A DNA stretch of 64,000 bases from Azolla caroliniana (taxonomy: Eukaryota > Plantae > Polypodiophyta), in the NCBI GenBank assembly GCA_043228905.1, contig JBHGNT010000002.1, forward strand, positions 5,394,001-5,458,000. Direction: 5' to 3'. The first letter of the stretch is position 1. Every line of letters begins with the position of its first letter. The notes under the pieces were generated by a model, which had not been told where the DNA came from, made no database searches, and worked only from the letters and a program-made list of their open reading frames with translations. Below, in pieces: positions 1 through 12,172 of this stretch. The translations under genes and the position numbers were made by a program.

Positions 1-3000
1 TCCGTGGTTGACAACGCAACCGTCTTCTGCAGCCTCGACTGCCATGAAACAACTCCCCCTGCATACGTCATCACATACCCTGATGTGGATCGGCTGGTAT
101 CTGCATCAGCCGACATATCCGAATCGGTAAAGCCGTCGAGTTCGGGCTTACCGGAGCCGAATCGGAGGCACACGTTTGCCGTGCCCTTCAGGTATCGGAG
201 TATCCACTTGGCTGCGTTCCAATGCTCTTTGCCGGGGTTGCTCATGTACCGGCTCACCACTCCGACTGCATATCCTATGTCCGGTCGGGTGCACACCATT
301 GCGTACATCAAGCTCCCGACGGCAGAGGCATATGGTACTTTCATCATGTCCTCCTTCTCAGCCTTTGTCTTGGGGCTTTGCTTGCTGGACAGCTTGCAGT
401 TTGTCGGGAGTGTTGACCCGACCGGTCTTGCCTCCGACATGTTGAACCGGTGAAGCACCTTTGTCACGTACTTCTCCTGTGACAGCCACAACTGCTTCTT
501 CTTCCGGTCCCGGATGATGTGCATCCCTAGTATTTGCCTCGCCGGACCCAGGTCTTTCATTGAGAAGGTTCGGTGAAGGGCCTTCTTCAGCATCCGTATC
601 TTGACCTGGTCCCGTCCGACGATCAACATGTCGTCCACGTACAGGAGGAGTATTAGAAAGTCTCCTCCTTCGAACTTCTTCACAAACACGCAGTGATCGG
701 ACTGCGTTTTGTGGTACCCTTCGTCTGTCATGAAGGAGTCGAACTTCCGGTACCATTGCCGGGGAGCCTGCTTCAGACCGTAAAGGCTCTTCTTCAACCG
801 GCATACCAGGTGCTCCTTCCCTTTCTTCTCGAATCCTTCCGGTTGCTGCATGTAGATCTCTTCTTCGAGGTCACCGTGAAGGAATGCCGTCTTCACGTCC
901 ATCTGTTCTACCTCGAGGTCCATGCTTGCCGCTATGCTCAGCACCGTCCGGATGGAGGTCATCTTCACTACCGGGGCAAATATCTCGTCGAAGTCGACGC
1001 CCTTCTTCTGCTGAAACCCCTTCACCACGATCCTGGCTTTGTATCTCGGGGGTTTCCGGCATCTCCCGGTTTCAGCTTGAACACCCACTTGTTACGGAGT
1101 GCCCGTTTTCCTTTCGGCAACTCCACAAGTTCATATGTGTGGTTCTCATGCAGGGAATCCATCTCCTCCTGCATAGCACTTAACCATCTGTGGCTATGGG
1201 TGTCATGCTTCGCTTCTTCAAAGCTCTCCGGCTCCCCCTCGTCGGTTAGCAGCACGTGCTCTGGTTCCGGAAATCTCCGGGGAGCCCTTCTCTCTCTTAG
1301 AGGATATCTCCGTTCCGGAGCTTCGGTAACCGGTTCTTCCGATTCTTCTTCATCCGAATCCATTTCGGGATCGGGGCCGGTTCCGGTATTATTTTCATCT
1401 TCCTCGGCCGGTTCTGTCTCTTCACCGTCTTCGGCCGGATCCTCGAGTGCTAACCGGTCCCTTGCCGGTCGGGACTGCTCTTCGTAGAGTTTATCCTCAC
1501 CGGTCGACTTGGAGCTCTTCATCTTCTTCTCCGACTCCCAGTCGGTGAGTGTCTCGTCCTCCATGAAGATGATATCTCGACTCCTGAATATCTTCTTGTC
1601 GACCGGGTCCCATACTCGGTAGCCGAACTCGTCGTCGCCGTAACCGAGGAATATGCATGGCCGGGTCTTTGGATCTAACTTTCCTCTCCGGTCCTTTGCC
1701 ACATGCACGTATACGAGACACCCGAACACCTTCAGATGCCGGTAGGATACTTCCCTACCGGTCCACACTCTCTGCGGCGTGTCTCCGTTCAAAGGTACTG
1801 AGGGTGATCTGTTTATCACGTATGTCGCCGTCGACATTGCCTCAGCCCAAAACCCCTGGGGTAATTTCGCATGCGCCAGCATACTCCGGACCCTCTCCAT
1901 TATGGTCCGGTTCATCCTCTCGGCCAGCCCGTTCAGTTCCGGCGTCTTCGACACAGTAAACTCGAGCCGGATTCCCTTCGAGCGACAGTACTCCTCGAAC
2001 TGCCCCCGGTATTCCCCTCCGTTATCCGCTCGTATCGCTTTCAGCTTCTTGCCGGATTCCCTTTCCACTCTCGCGTGGAGTTCTTTGAAGACGGACAATA
2101 CTTGGTCCTTTGTCTTCAACGGTGCCGTCCACAGCTTCCGGCTGTGATCATCAATGAATGTTACGAAGTACTGGGCTCCGCCATGTGACTTCGTTTCTAC
2201 CTGACACACATCGGTGGCCACAGCTCACCAGCAGTGTCGGCTGCCACGTTCAACTCTTCCGGACACAACCAGGCATTCATAAGGTACAGTGTGTTGACTT
2301 TCCGGGCCCGAGCCACTATCAGGCTCCCCTTGCTGAACTTCATTACGCCGTTCCGGATGCTACCTGTGTAGCCTTCATCGTCTAGCCTCCCGGCCGAAAT
2401 CAGGTTCAATCGAACCTCCGGAACGTGTCGAACATCCTTCAATAGCATCTTGCATCCGGTTGATGTCATCAGCCACACGTCTCCTATGCCGGCAATCCGG
2501 CATGTACCTTCATTTCCCATCCGGACACAGCCGTGCTCACCGGCTGTGTAGGATGAGAAGTATTTCTTCTCCGGGGTCAGGTGGAACGACGCTCCAGAAT
2601 CGACCACCCAGGTCATCTCTTCACTGGCAAGGTTCAGCTCCCTCTCTTCGGTAATGAGCATTATCTCTTCTTCACTTGCCGCGAGTGCCGTCGTTCCTTT
2701 CCGGTCCTGCCCTCGCCGATCCGGACCTCTCCGGTCCGTGGCTCCCCGGTATGCACCGTTTCGCTCCGGTGACTTCTTCGAATCGGTGTCGTCGGCTCCG
2801 TTGTCCTTTCGGTAATGCCGACAATTCTTCCGGAAGTGCCCCGGCTTCCCACAGTGGAAGCATGTGGGTCTTCCTCTTGGCTGCGACCGGGTCCCCGACT
2901 TCTCCCGTCTTTGCGGACTCCGGTTCCATTGTCTTCCCCGTTCCGATTCGGTAAGCAGCGCCTTCGAGTCGGAGGCCGGTTCTTTATCTCTCCGACGCGC

Positions 3001-3558
3001 TTCTTCGTTCAAAATACTTGTCTTTACCGTTTGTAGGGACAAGTTATCTTCCGTGCAGGAGGTGCTGAGAGTCACCACCAAGTTCTCCCAGCTTTCCGGC
3101 AATGTACACATCAGAATGATGGCTTGCATTGCATCCTCCAACGGGAACTTGATCGCCGCAAGCTGGTTCACGAATCCCATGAACGTGCTCACGTGTTCCA
3201 CCATATTCTCGCCGTCCCGGTACTTGAGGTTCACTATCTTCCTCATCAGGGAAGTCCGGTTCAACGCATTCTTCCTCTCGTAGAGGCCCGACAGCTTCTT
3301 CCACATCTCATATGCGTTGGTGTCGTTCGCCACATGTTGCAGAACACTTACATCTACATATTGCCGGATCGTCGCTACGGCTTTCCGGTTCAGGAGCTTC
3401 CACTCCGACTCTATTACCCCCTTGGGTATCTCGGCATTGTCGATCGGTTCGTACAGGTCTCGGACGATGAGAAGGTCTTCCATCTTTATCTTCCAGTCGG
3501 CGTAGTTCTGTGAGTTCAACACCATCATGCCCGGAGGCCCACTACCGCCGCCTTCCAT
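1..3558 (-). pseudogene. Copia-1 gag-pol, disrupted
   Basis: ORFs 2197-3612 and 1022-2221 plus RT frames below 1022. ATG at 3558. Integrase zinc finger deleted at ~2215; frameshift at ~1050. Confidence 0.88.
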
Positions 3559-3574
3559 TTTCTGTGTTAACCGT

Positions 3575-3586
3575 GCTCTGATACCA
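3575..3586 (-). promoter_or_regulatory. Primer binding site, tRNA-iMet
   Basis: The reverse complement reads TGGTATCAGAGC, adjacent to the LTR end. Confidence 0.92.
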
Positions 3587-3589
3587 CTT

Positions 3590-4190
3590 TGTTGCACACG
3601 GTGCTCGGCCACAACCGAGGAATAGGATCAACTCACAGAAAATAGGAAATACAAAGTACACGGAGACAATAGAGAGAAGAGTACACAGGATATTTTTCGT
3701 GGAAAACCCTAAATGGGAAAAACCACGGGAGTCCTCAAACTCCAACTATCACTATGAACAGAGATGTACAATGGTGAAGCTTCAAGGCAACAACCTTGAG
3801 CTCACTGTCTTCGCCACAGGCGGCGGTAATACACAGAGGCAACGACCTCCTCGTCTCTCTCTCTCTCTCTCTCTCTCGGCTGCTCTCTTCACTCTCTCTA
3901 AGTGGAAAACAGAAAAATAAGCAACAACCAAAAAACTGTTTGCCCTAAGTCATATTTATACACATATGACTTTCGGGTTATTTACAGATATAGCCTCAAG
4001 GGCCCTTGGCAAACATATTCTCAAATATGTCCCCGTATCCGGATCTCTCTCCGGGTACATTCGTCATCCGGCTCCGAAGCCGGGGTCTTCATCATCCGGC
4101 TCCGTAGCCGGGACCGTAACCGTAACCGTAACCGTAATTGCCGTCATTCATCTCCGGACATCCCATCCGGAGGGACCGAAAATCCCAACA
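3590..4190 (-). repeat. 5' LTR of Copia-1 (601 bp)
   Basis: TG...CA ends; TATA-like TATAAATA on the minus strand near 3955; PBS 3 nt inside; same family as the solo LTR at 15338-16151. Confidence 0.9.
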
Positions 4191-5833
4191 GGACATTGCG
4201 TGGCATAGTGTCCGAGTTGCTGACAAATAAAACAATGGATGCTTGATTCTCCCTTCTCAGCCCCAGGTGGAGCGTGCCGCTCTCCGGGCGCTACTTGCTC
4301 TTCGCGGTCCGGCCTCATTTGTCGGAATGTACGCGGTGGCTGTTGTTGGTCCCGTCGTTGTTCCTGGTGCCGCTCATCCCCCGAACTTTCGTCGTAACGT
4401 CGGTGATCCCTATATTGTCGAGGCTTACCCCGATAGCCATTGAAGCCGCCCCGTTTGTTTGTCGGGCGTTGATGTTCGTATCGCCAACCCCCTTGGCGTA
4501 ACTCGGATGTCCATGATAATCCTCGTCCTCCGGGTCGTCCTCCTCGGACTCGTTGTGATTCCGGCGATTCCGGTTGTACCGGTCCTCCCGCGGGTTGCGA
4601 TCCTTATACCGGGGTCGGTCTTCTTGCCTCCTTTGTTCCGCCCGGTGCGGTTGACACTATGCGTCCATGCTGCGGACTGCGGGAGTGGCTCTGTTTAACA
4701 TATTGTACTCGCATTGGTCGACTGTGTGAACCTTCGAGTGGCAGATTGGGCAGTGGATTCGCATATTGCACTCCACCGCGGAATGCCCCGAGTTCAAGCA
4801 AATCGTGCACTGGATTGCTTGACGAAATTGGCGTTCCTCATCCTGAGGTAACGCTTGTCGTAAGGATGACATTGAAAACCTCTCCTCCTCATCGTCTAAC
4901 TCAAGCTGTAACACTCGTTCAATCACGATATCTGCCGTTTCCCCTTTCACGCTATTGTTGTTGAGCGTATCTCCTCATCATCCAACTCAAGCTGTAACGC
5001 TCGTTCAACTCATATTTGCATGTGGTTCGCATTCCAAACATTCAAGAACATGCGAATATGAGTTGCGGCGTCGGTTTCGCCGTTAAAGCGGGGGTAGGCA
5101 AAGGCCATCGTGGGAGCTACGGCGGATCAGAAAAGGTCACCGGGTGGCTGCGGTGAGCGTGGTCCCCTCGTCTCGTCGAGGTATTTGGGGAGCAAAGAAT
5201 CCCCTTTGCACTCCTGGCAGGTAGTACTGAGGTCGCTGATGCGCGGCTTTTGCAGGGCGCGTTCTTCTGCCTGGCATGTGACGGACCTTGTTATTGGCCG
5301 CTCTTGTCTTGTTGGTTCTCTGGGTCGTCTGCGGCTAAACATCCATTTGTTGTTGCTCGTCTGTGAGGAAACACAGATCATCAAGCGTGCCAAAAGTGTT
5401 TCCTCTTAGGAACATGGTCCGTGGTCAGTCCTTCGACCTAGACCCCAAGGTGGGTGTGGAACAACGCACAGGGTTTAAGCGTACTGCATAAGGAGAGAAC
5501 CTCTGTAATTCCTCCGCGTATAAGGGAAGACAGCTACAACCGAATCCTTATCACAGGTTACACTTACGTACTACTACGTTTAAGTATCCGAGACACAGAC
5601 ACTAAATTAGCCGCAGCTATACACAGAAACTCAGAGAAGATAGAATTCTATTATCAGGCGTTCTTTACATTCCCCAAAATTTACACGCACCTCCATAAGA
5701 GGTTTTCTGCCCTTTATATATGCAGGGTCTAATTAGCCGTTCACGCTTCCCGCGTGAACCGTTACATACGTTATGCTCTTATATAGTTTCTTATTCCTAC
5801 GCTTTTGGCCGTCGGTTACTATTCCGGCGGACA
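4191..5833 (-). mobile_element. Inverted Ty3/Gypsy-like element: 5' LTR, PBS and degenerate gag, interrupted by Copia-1
   Basis: LTR ~5397-5833 (right end 5833 or 5836); PBS TGGCACGC (tRNA-Arg type) at ~5385-5392; gag remnant YPRFNG...; two zinc knuckles CTICLNSGHSAVEC and CPICHSKVHTVDQC in ORF 4657-4950. Confidence 0.75.
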
Positions 5834-7232
5834 ACAGCAACCATGGAGACCCCCGTTAAGATCGGAGATGTTCAAGAGCTGGTGGTGGCATTGGTGGACC
5901 ACGGTTCAGAAATCAACTTGATGTCCATGGACTTCTACAAGAAGGGGAAGTGGCCAATCAACACCAAGCACGGGTGGAAAATACAGGCAACAACGCACGC
6001 CACAGAAGAACTGCATGGAGCCTGCCCGAATGTACGAGTGAAAATCGGCGATGTCGAGATCGATCAGCACTTCTTCGTGCAGGAGATGTCCTCACATCCG
6101 GTTATACTCGGGGAACCATACATCACGATAGCACGAATGGAGACAAAGGTGTTGGACAACGGTTCGGCATATGCACGAGTCCAGAGCCAAGATGGGCGTC
6201 ACTCGGTCCAGTTCCTGACGGTGCGACCGAACCATGAGCGTAACCGCGAGACCCTCGGTGGCGAAAACCGAGGGGATTTTTAGAGAGGGCTATCAAGGCG
6301 TGGGGCCGCGATAGTCCGGACACCCCAGAAAAACCCCACAGATGTACTATAGGCAAAAAGACATGTACCATAGGTAGGAAATTTTGGTTCTCCGATAGCG
6401 GAGGTTGTACGATAGCCGGTGTAGTTGGCCGGGAAAAGAAGTGGGCGGAGGAGCGACTTCAGGCATGCGGAGTCCTCGGCCCTGAAGAGGAAATCAACGA
6501 AGCCGTGGAGGCGGTCTCTTTCAACGACACCTTAGGGAAGTTACGAGAGGTGTTCGGAGAAGGCCTTAATGAGGACCAGACGATTTCAGTATGTTCGGAA
6601 AAGATGTACGAAGTCATCGCCGACTTCAGTAATGGACTCAAGTCGGATCGGACAGCTCGAGTGGTTACGAAGTACAAGACTATGGACCGGAAGGTGAGGC
6701 CGGTCGCGGCACCCTTGCTGGAGGGCAACAAGTTACGGATAAAGGGGGTCGCGTCGGACCCAATTTTACAAGATCCAGTCAACATAGGACACACGTTCAC
6801 CGACATAACGCTACGGGAGCTCAAGGTCGGTGGGGGTGGCTTTCTACTACCGGCAGAAGAGGACCGGTTTTGGAGAATGCTCGGGAGGCACGGGAAGGCT
6901 TTCGCATTCTCACCGGAGTAGATCGGGTGCGTAGACCCGACGGTTATGGAACCAATGGTGATCTTCACGGTACCGCATGTGCCGTGGAATCTCAAACCGA
7001 TTCCGATACCCAGAGCTCACATCCCGAAGCTGATGGAGCTGCAGAAATAGAAGGTGGAAATGGGCATCCTCGAACCATCGAATGCCCCATATTCGAATTG
7101 GTGGTTTACAGTGCCAAAGAAGAATGGCGCATTGCGCTTCATACAAGACTTGTAGCCGGTCAACAAGGTGACCATTTGAAACGTAGGTATCGGACCGACC
7201 ACTGATGAGTTTGCGGAGGCCTTCAAAGGGAG

Positions 7233-10200
7233 TGTTAGGTGTAAAGGCCCGTAGTTCACAAATTAGGTAATTATTCGTATATGTGAACACATTGTTCACT
7301 TGGACAAGACACCTCCTTTTATAATGTGAACACACCACTTTCTATGTAAGGTTAACTAATATAATAACCTTCTTTTTTCTTGTGTACCAATCAAGGCGGT
7401 TGGGTACACCAAAGATCTGCGTGTCTCTACTCTCATCTCTACTACAGTCCTGTTTGCTGAACGTCATCTCTCAATGGTTGATCTGTCAAACATCCCTCTT
7501 TACCTTTAACTGGTATCAGAGCTAAATCTCTTTCCTCTACTTTGCTGTTTTTCTTTAGATTCAGAATCAGCAGAAAACACAGATTTAAAAAATAATAATA
7601 AATAATAAATAATAAAAAATCTGTCAGACCCTTTCCTATTGGTATTCTGCTCAATTTCTGAAGGCATCTGTCATAAATCTTGGGAGCAATGGCCTCCACT
7701 TCAGCTGAAGTGAAAAACCTCTTTGAAATCAAGAGATTTGATGGAAAAGGTTTCGAATTGTGGAAAGAGCGTATGCTGGGCATCCTCTTTCTAAGAGATT
7801 GTGAAGATGCTCTCGTAGAAAAGAAACCAGAGAGCATGGAAAATGATGCTTGGAACACCCTGAATAAGAAAGCCATTACATATATTAAAAGGGTTGTTTC
7901 TGATGAAATTCTTGTAGATGTAAAGGGCTTGACTACTGCCCATCAAGTTTGGGAGAAACTTAAGAAAACTTACGAGAATACTACTCCTGTGAATCAGGTG
8001 CATTTGATGAGAAAACTTGTCAGTATGAGGCTTGATGAGTCGAAAGGTGCAACAGAGCATCTATCTTTATTCACAGGTACTCTCTCCCAACTACAAGATT
8101 CAGGATTACCAGCTTTTGATGACAAGCTCAAAGTTATCTTCCTACTTATGACTTTACCGGATTCGTGGGAAACATTAGTTGTTTCACTATCTAATAGCCC
8201 CACCTTGACCTTCGATGGTGTGCAGGGCTCTATTCTCAGTGAAGAGATTAGAAGACAATCTAGTGGAGAAGGTAGTGGTTCAGCATACAATATTAGGGGG
8301 AGATATGATAAGAGGAACCCAAATGTAGGACAAAGAAATAGAAGTAAGAGTAGAGGGAAAGGAAAACAACAAGATATCACTTGCTATCATTGTGGCCGTA
8401 AAGGTCATAAGAAACTTGATTGTAGATATTGGAAGATGGAACTAGAAAGGAAGAAGAATGTTGGAGAGAAGAAAAACAAAGAGGATAAGTTTAATACAAC
8501 AGAGAAAGCTAATATGGCTTCAAATGTTATCATTGAAGACCTATCTGGTGAAGATGGTGATGTACTTTGTATTACAGGTGATGCCTTTATAGCTCATGTT
8601 CAAGACATGCAAATCACCAAAACAGATGTTATTGATGCTTTATTGTCAATCAATGATGGATTGACACAGACATGGATAGTAGACTCTGGGGCTTCGTTTC
8701 ATGTTACTCCATGTTTGGAGTGCTTTACCACATTTGATGCAGGCAGTTATGGAAAAGTTTATCTTGGTAACAATAGTGCTTGCAATATTGATGGTATTGG
8801 AACCATACACTTGTCTTTGGATAATGGTCAAGAGCTTGTGCTCAAAGATGTTAGGTATGTACCTGGCATAAAGAAAAGTTTGCTATCTGTAGGACAGATG
8901 GATTTGCATGGTTACACCACATTATTCGGTGGTGGATTATGGAAACTAAAGAAAGGATCTATGGTTATTGTGAAAGGTTGCAAAAAGGGCACTCTGTACT
9001 GTTTGCAATGCAAAGCTTTACCTGGAAAGTTTCTTGCTATTGCTGAATTCGACTCTCGTTTAGAGCTTTGGCATAAGAGATTAGGACATATGAGCCAAAA
9101 AGGACTTGAAGTCCTTTCTGCTTTAAAAAATTTGATGTTAAAGGATCAAAGCTGGTTTTTTGTAATGATTGTCTATTTGGCAAACAAGTGAGAAATTCTT
9201 ATTATTCTGGTATCTCTCGTAAACCAAATGTGCTAGATTTGGTGCATTCTGATGTATGTAGCATGCCTGTAAAATCCTTGGGCGGTGCTGCATATTTTAT
9301 TTCCTTTATCGATGATTATTCTAGGAAGATTTGGGTGTACTTGATGAAAAGAAAAGGTGATGCATTTGATGCATTTAAATCTTTTCATGCATTTGTGACT
9401 ACTCAAAAAGGGACAAAACTGAAATGTCTCAGAACAGATAATGGGGGTGAGTTTACATCTGCAGAATTTAAGTCTTATTGTGACTTACATGGTATTAAAA
9501 GAGAGCTTACTGCTCCATATAACCCTTCATCAAATGGGGTGGCAGAAAGGTATAATAGGACCTTGTGTGAGCGAGTACGATGCATGCTGTCCACAGCTAA
9601 TCTCCCTCATGAATTTTGGGGAGAAGCATTAAAAACCGCGGTTCATATATGTAATCGTTCTCCCAACAAGTCCTTAAAAAATGGAATCCCTGAGGAGGTT
9701 TGGTCTGGCAAACCAGCTTCATATGACCATTTACGAATTTTCGGTTGTGATGAGTTTGTACACATTAGAAGTGAGCTGAGAAATAAGCTCGATGCTAAGT
9801 CCACCATGGGCATTTTTATGGGCTATGGTGATGAAGGTGAAATGGGCTATAGGATTTGGTTACCTCAGTCCAGAAAAATTGTACGCAGCCGGGATGTTGT
9901 TTTTAATGAAGAAAAATTGCTGAAAAATGCTTGTTCCTCTGTTGGGAACTCTAAGAGCGTTACATTTCAGCAATTACAGCCATCCACAAAATCTGAAAAT
10001 AAACCTCATGATGCTATACCAAAGGTTGAATATGATGGTCAACCGGTTATCTTTGAGCCAGAAGAAGTTGGACAGCAAAGAGATGCTCATGAAGATATTG
10101 GTCAACGAGATGAAGGTACTGAAGAACAAAATATAGATGTCGAACAACATGCTGGACATGGTTCGCAACAGCCAGAAAGTGCTGAAAATGATTTTCCTCC

Positions 10201-12172
10201 AGATTTAGAACCAATCCCAGAAAATACTGATCATTGGGTACGTAGGTCTAATCGTTCAAGGAGGCAGGTATATAGATATGACCCCTCTTTGCATTATGTC
10301 ATGCTGTCAGATGAGGGTGAACCTCTTACTTATAAGGAGGCAATGTCATGTGAACTTAGTAGTAAGTGGGAGCTTGCAATGCAAGAAGAAATAAAATCTT
10401 TATATGCAAATGATACATGGGATCTTGTGTCCTTACCTCAAGGAAGGAAAGCTCTTCCAAATAAGTGGGTTTATAAGGTAAAGGAAATTGAAGGGAAACC
10501 AAAATACAAGGCAAGATTAGTTGCCAAGGGTTATGCACAGAAGGAAGGTATTGACTTCCAAGAGGTCTTCTCTCCTGTTGTGAAGATGACCACACTTCGT
10601 GTGCTATTTGCTCTCACTGCAATGCTTAATTTGGAGTTGTACCAAATGGATGTAAAGACCGCTTTTTTGCATGGTGATATTGATGAAGAGATCTACATGA
10701 AACAACATGAGGGTTTTGTAGTCTCTAACAAGGAGCATTTGGTATGCAAACTAAAACGTAGCTTGTATGGCCTAAAACAAGCACCACAACAGTGGTATAA
10801 GAAGTTTGATACTTTTATGCTTTCTCAAGGCTTTGATCGTAGCTATGCAGATCATTGTTTATACACGAAAAAGGATATTGATGACAGTCCTATCATACTT
10901 CTTCTATATGTGGATGATATGTTGCTAGCTGGGAAAAGAAAGACTAGTCTTGATGCTCTAAAAGATCAACTGAAATTGGTCTTCTCTATGAAAGATTTGG
11001 GAAATGCAGAGCATATTTTGGGCATGAGAATCAATAGAAACAGAAAAGACAAATTGTTGTTTTTGTCACAAGAAAAGTACATTGAAAAAGTGCTTAACAG
11101 ATTTAATATGGCAGAAGCAAAGTCTCTTGGAGTTCCTTTGCTGTCATATCTTAAACTCAGCAAGGCTGATTGTCCAAAGGATGAGATGGAAATCAATGCT
11201 ATGAAGGGAATTCCTTATGCATCAGCATGTGGTTCTCTAATGTATGCTATGGTAGCTACTCGTCCAGATATTGCTTATGCAATGGGAGTTGTTAGTCACT
11301 ATATGTCTAATCCCGGGAAAGCACATTGGGAGGCTGTCAAGTGTGTTTTCAGGTATCTTAAAGGTACACAGAGAAAATGTTTATGCTATGGGAAGGGTGC
11401 ATTAAATTTGCAAGGATATTGTGATGCAGACATGGCAGGTGACTTGGATACACGTAAGTCTACTAGCGGGTATATATTTACAGTTGCTGGTGGAGCAGTG
11501 TCTTGGTGCTCCAAATTGCAAAAGATTGTAGCACTGAGTACTACTGAAGCTGAATATATTTCAGCTACAGAAGCTTCAAAGGAAGCTATATGGCTCAGCA
11601 GACTTGGTGAAGATCTTGGCATGTCTGTTAGTACTCTTGTGTTAGGATGTGATAGCCAGAGTGCTGTGTATCTGGCTAAGAATGCCATGTTTCATTCGCG
11701 CACCAAACACATTGATGTGCGACATCACTTTATCAGACAAGTTTTGGAGGATGGTCTAGTCACATTGACCAAGATCAAAACACAGGATAATCCTGCAGAT
11801 ATTCTCACTAAAAGTCTTAGCAAAGCTCAACATGAGCATTGCATACAGTTAGTGGGAGTTACTTGAATGTTCACATCGGACCTTTAAGTGGGAGGTTGTT
11901 AGGTGTAAAGGCCCGTAGTTCACAAATTAGGTAATTATTCGTATATGTGAACACATTGTTCACTTGGACAAGACACCTCCTTTTATAATGTGAACACACC
12001 ACTTTCTATGTAAGGTTAACTAATATAATAACCTTCTTTTTTCTTGTGTACCAATCAAGGCGGTTGGGTACACCAAAGATCTGCGTGTCTCTACTCTCAT
12101 CTCTACTACAGTCCTGTTTGCTGAACGTCATCTCTCAATGGCTGATCTGTCAAACATCCCTCTTTACCTTTA
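7233..12172 (+). mobile_element. Full-length young Ty1/Copia 'Copia-2'
   Basis: 276-bp LTRs at 7233-7508 and 11897-12172 (one mismatch seen); perfect TSD GGGAG; PBS TGGTATCAGAGC 7511-7522; PPT ~11886-11896. Confidence 0.97.
7689..11866 (+). pseudogene. Copia-2 gag-PR-INT-RT-RH polyprotein with one frameshift at ~9125
   Basis: ORFs 7680-9191 and 9188-11866 carry all domains (CYHCGRKGH, WIVDSGAS, LWHKRLGH, RTDNGGEF, YVDD, ADILTK). The frame break lies in an A-run before the CxxC of the integrase zinc finger. Confidence 0.92.

Larger units (their letters stand above)
1..4190 (-). mobile_element. Ty1/Copia LTR retrotransposon 'Copia-1' (3' end lies outside the window)
   Basis: Minus-strand order: LTR (TGTTGG...GCAACA), tRNA-iMet PBS, gag with CCHC, protease (WVVDSGAS), integrase (FIDD, RADNGGEY, NGLAERMN), RT (QTDVKTAF-like, LLYVDDM). 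Confidence 0.95.

Noticed and set aside
4-3513. Many long + strand ORFs
   Set aside because: Antisense shadows of the GC-rich Copia-1 coding region.
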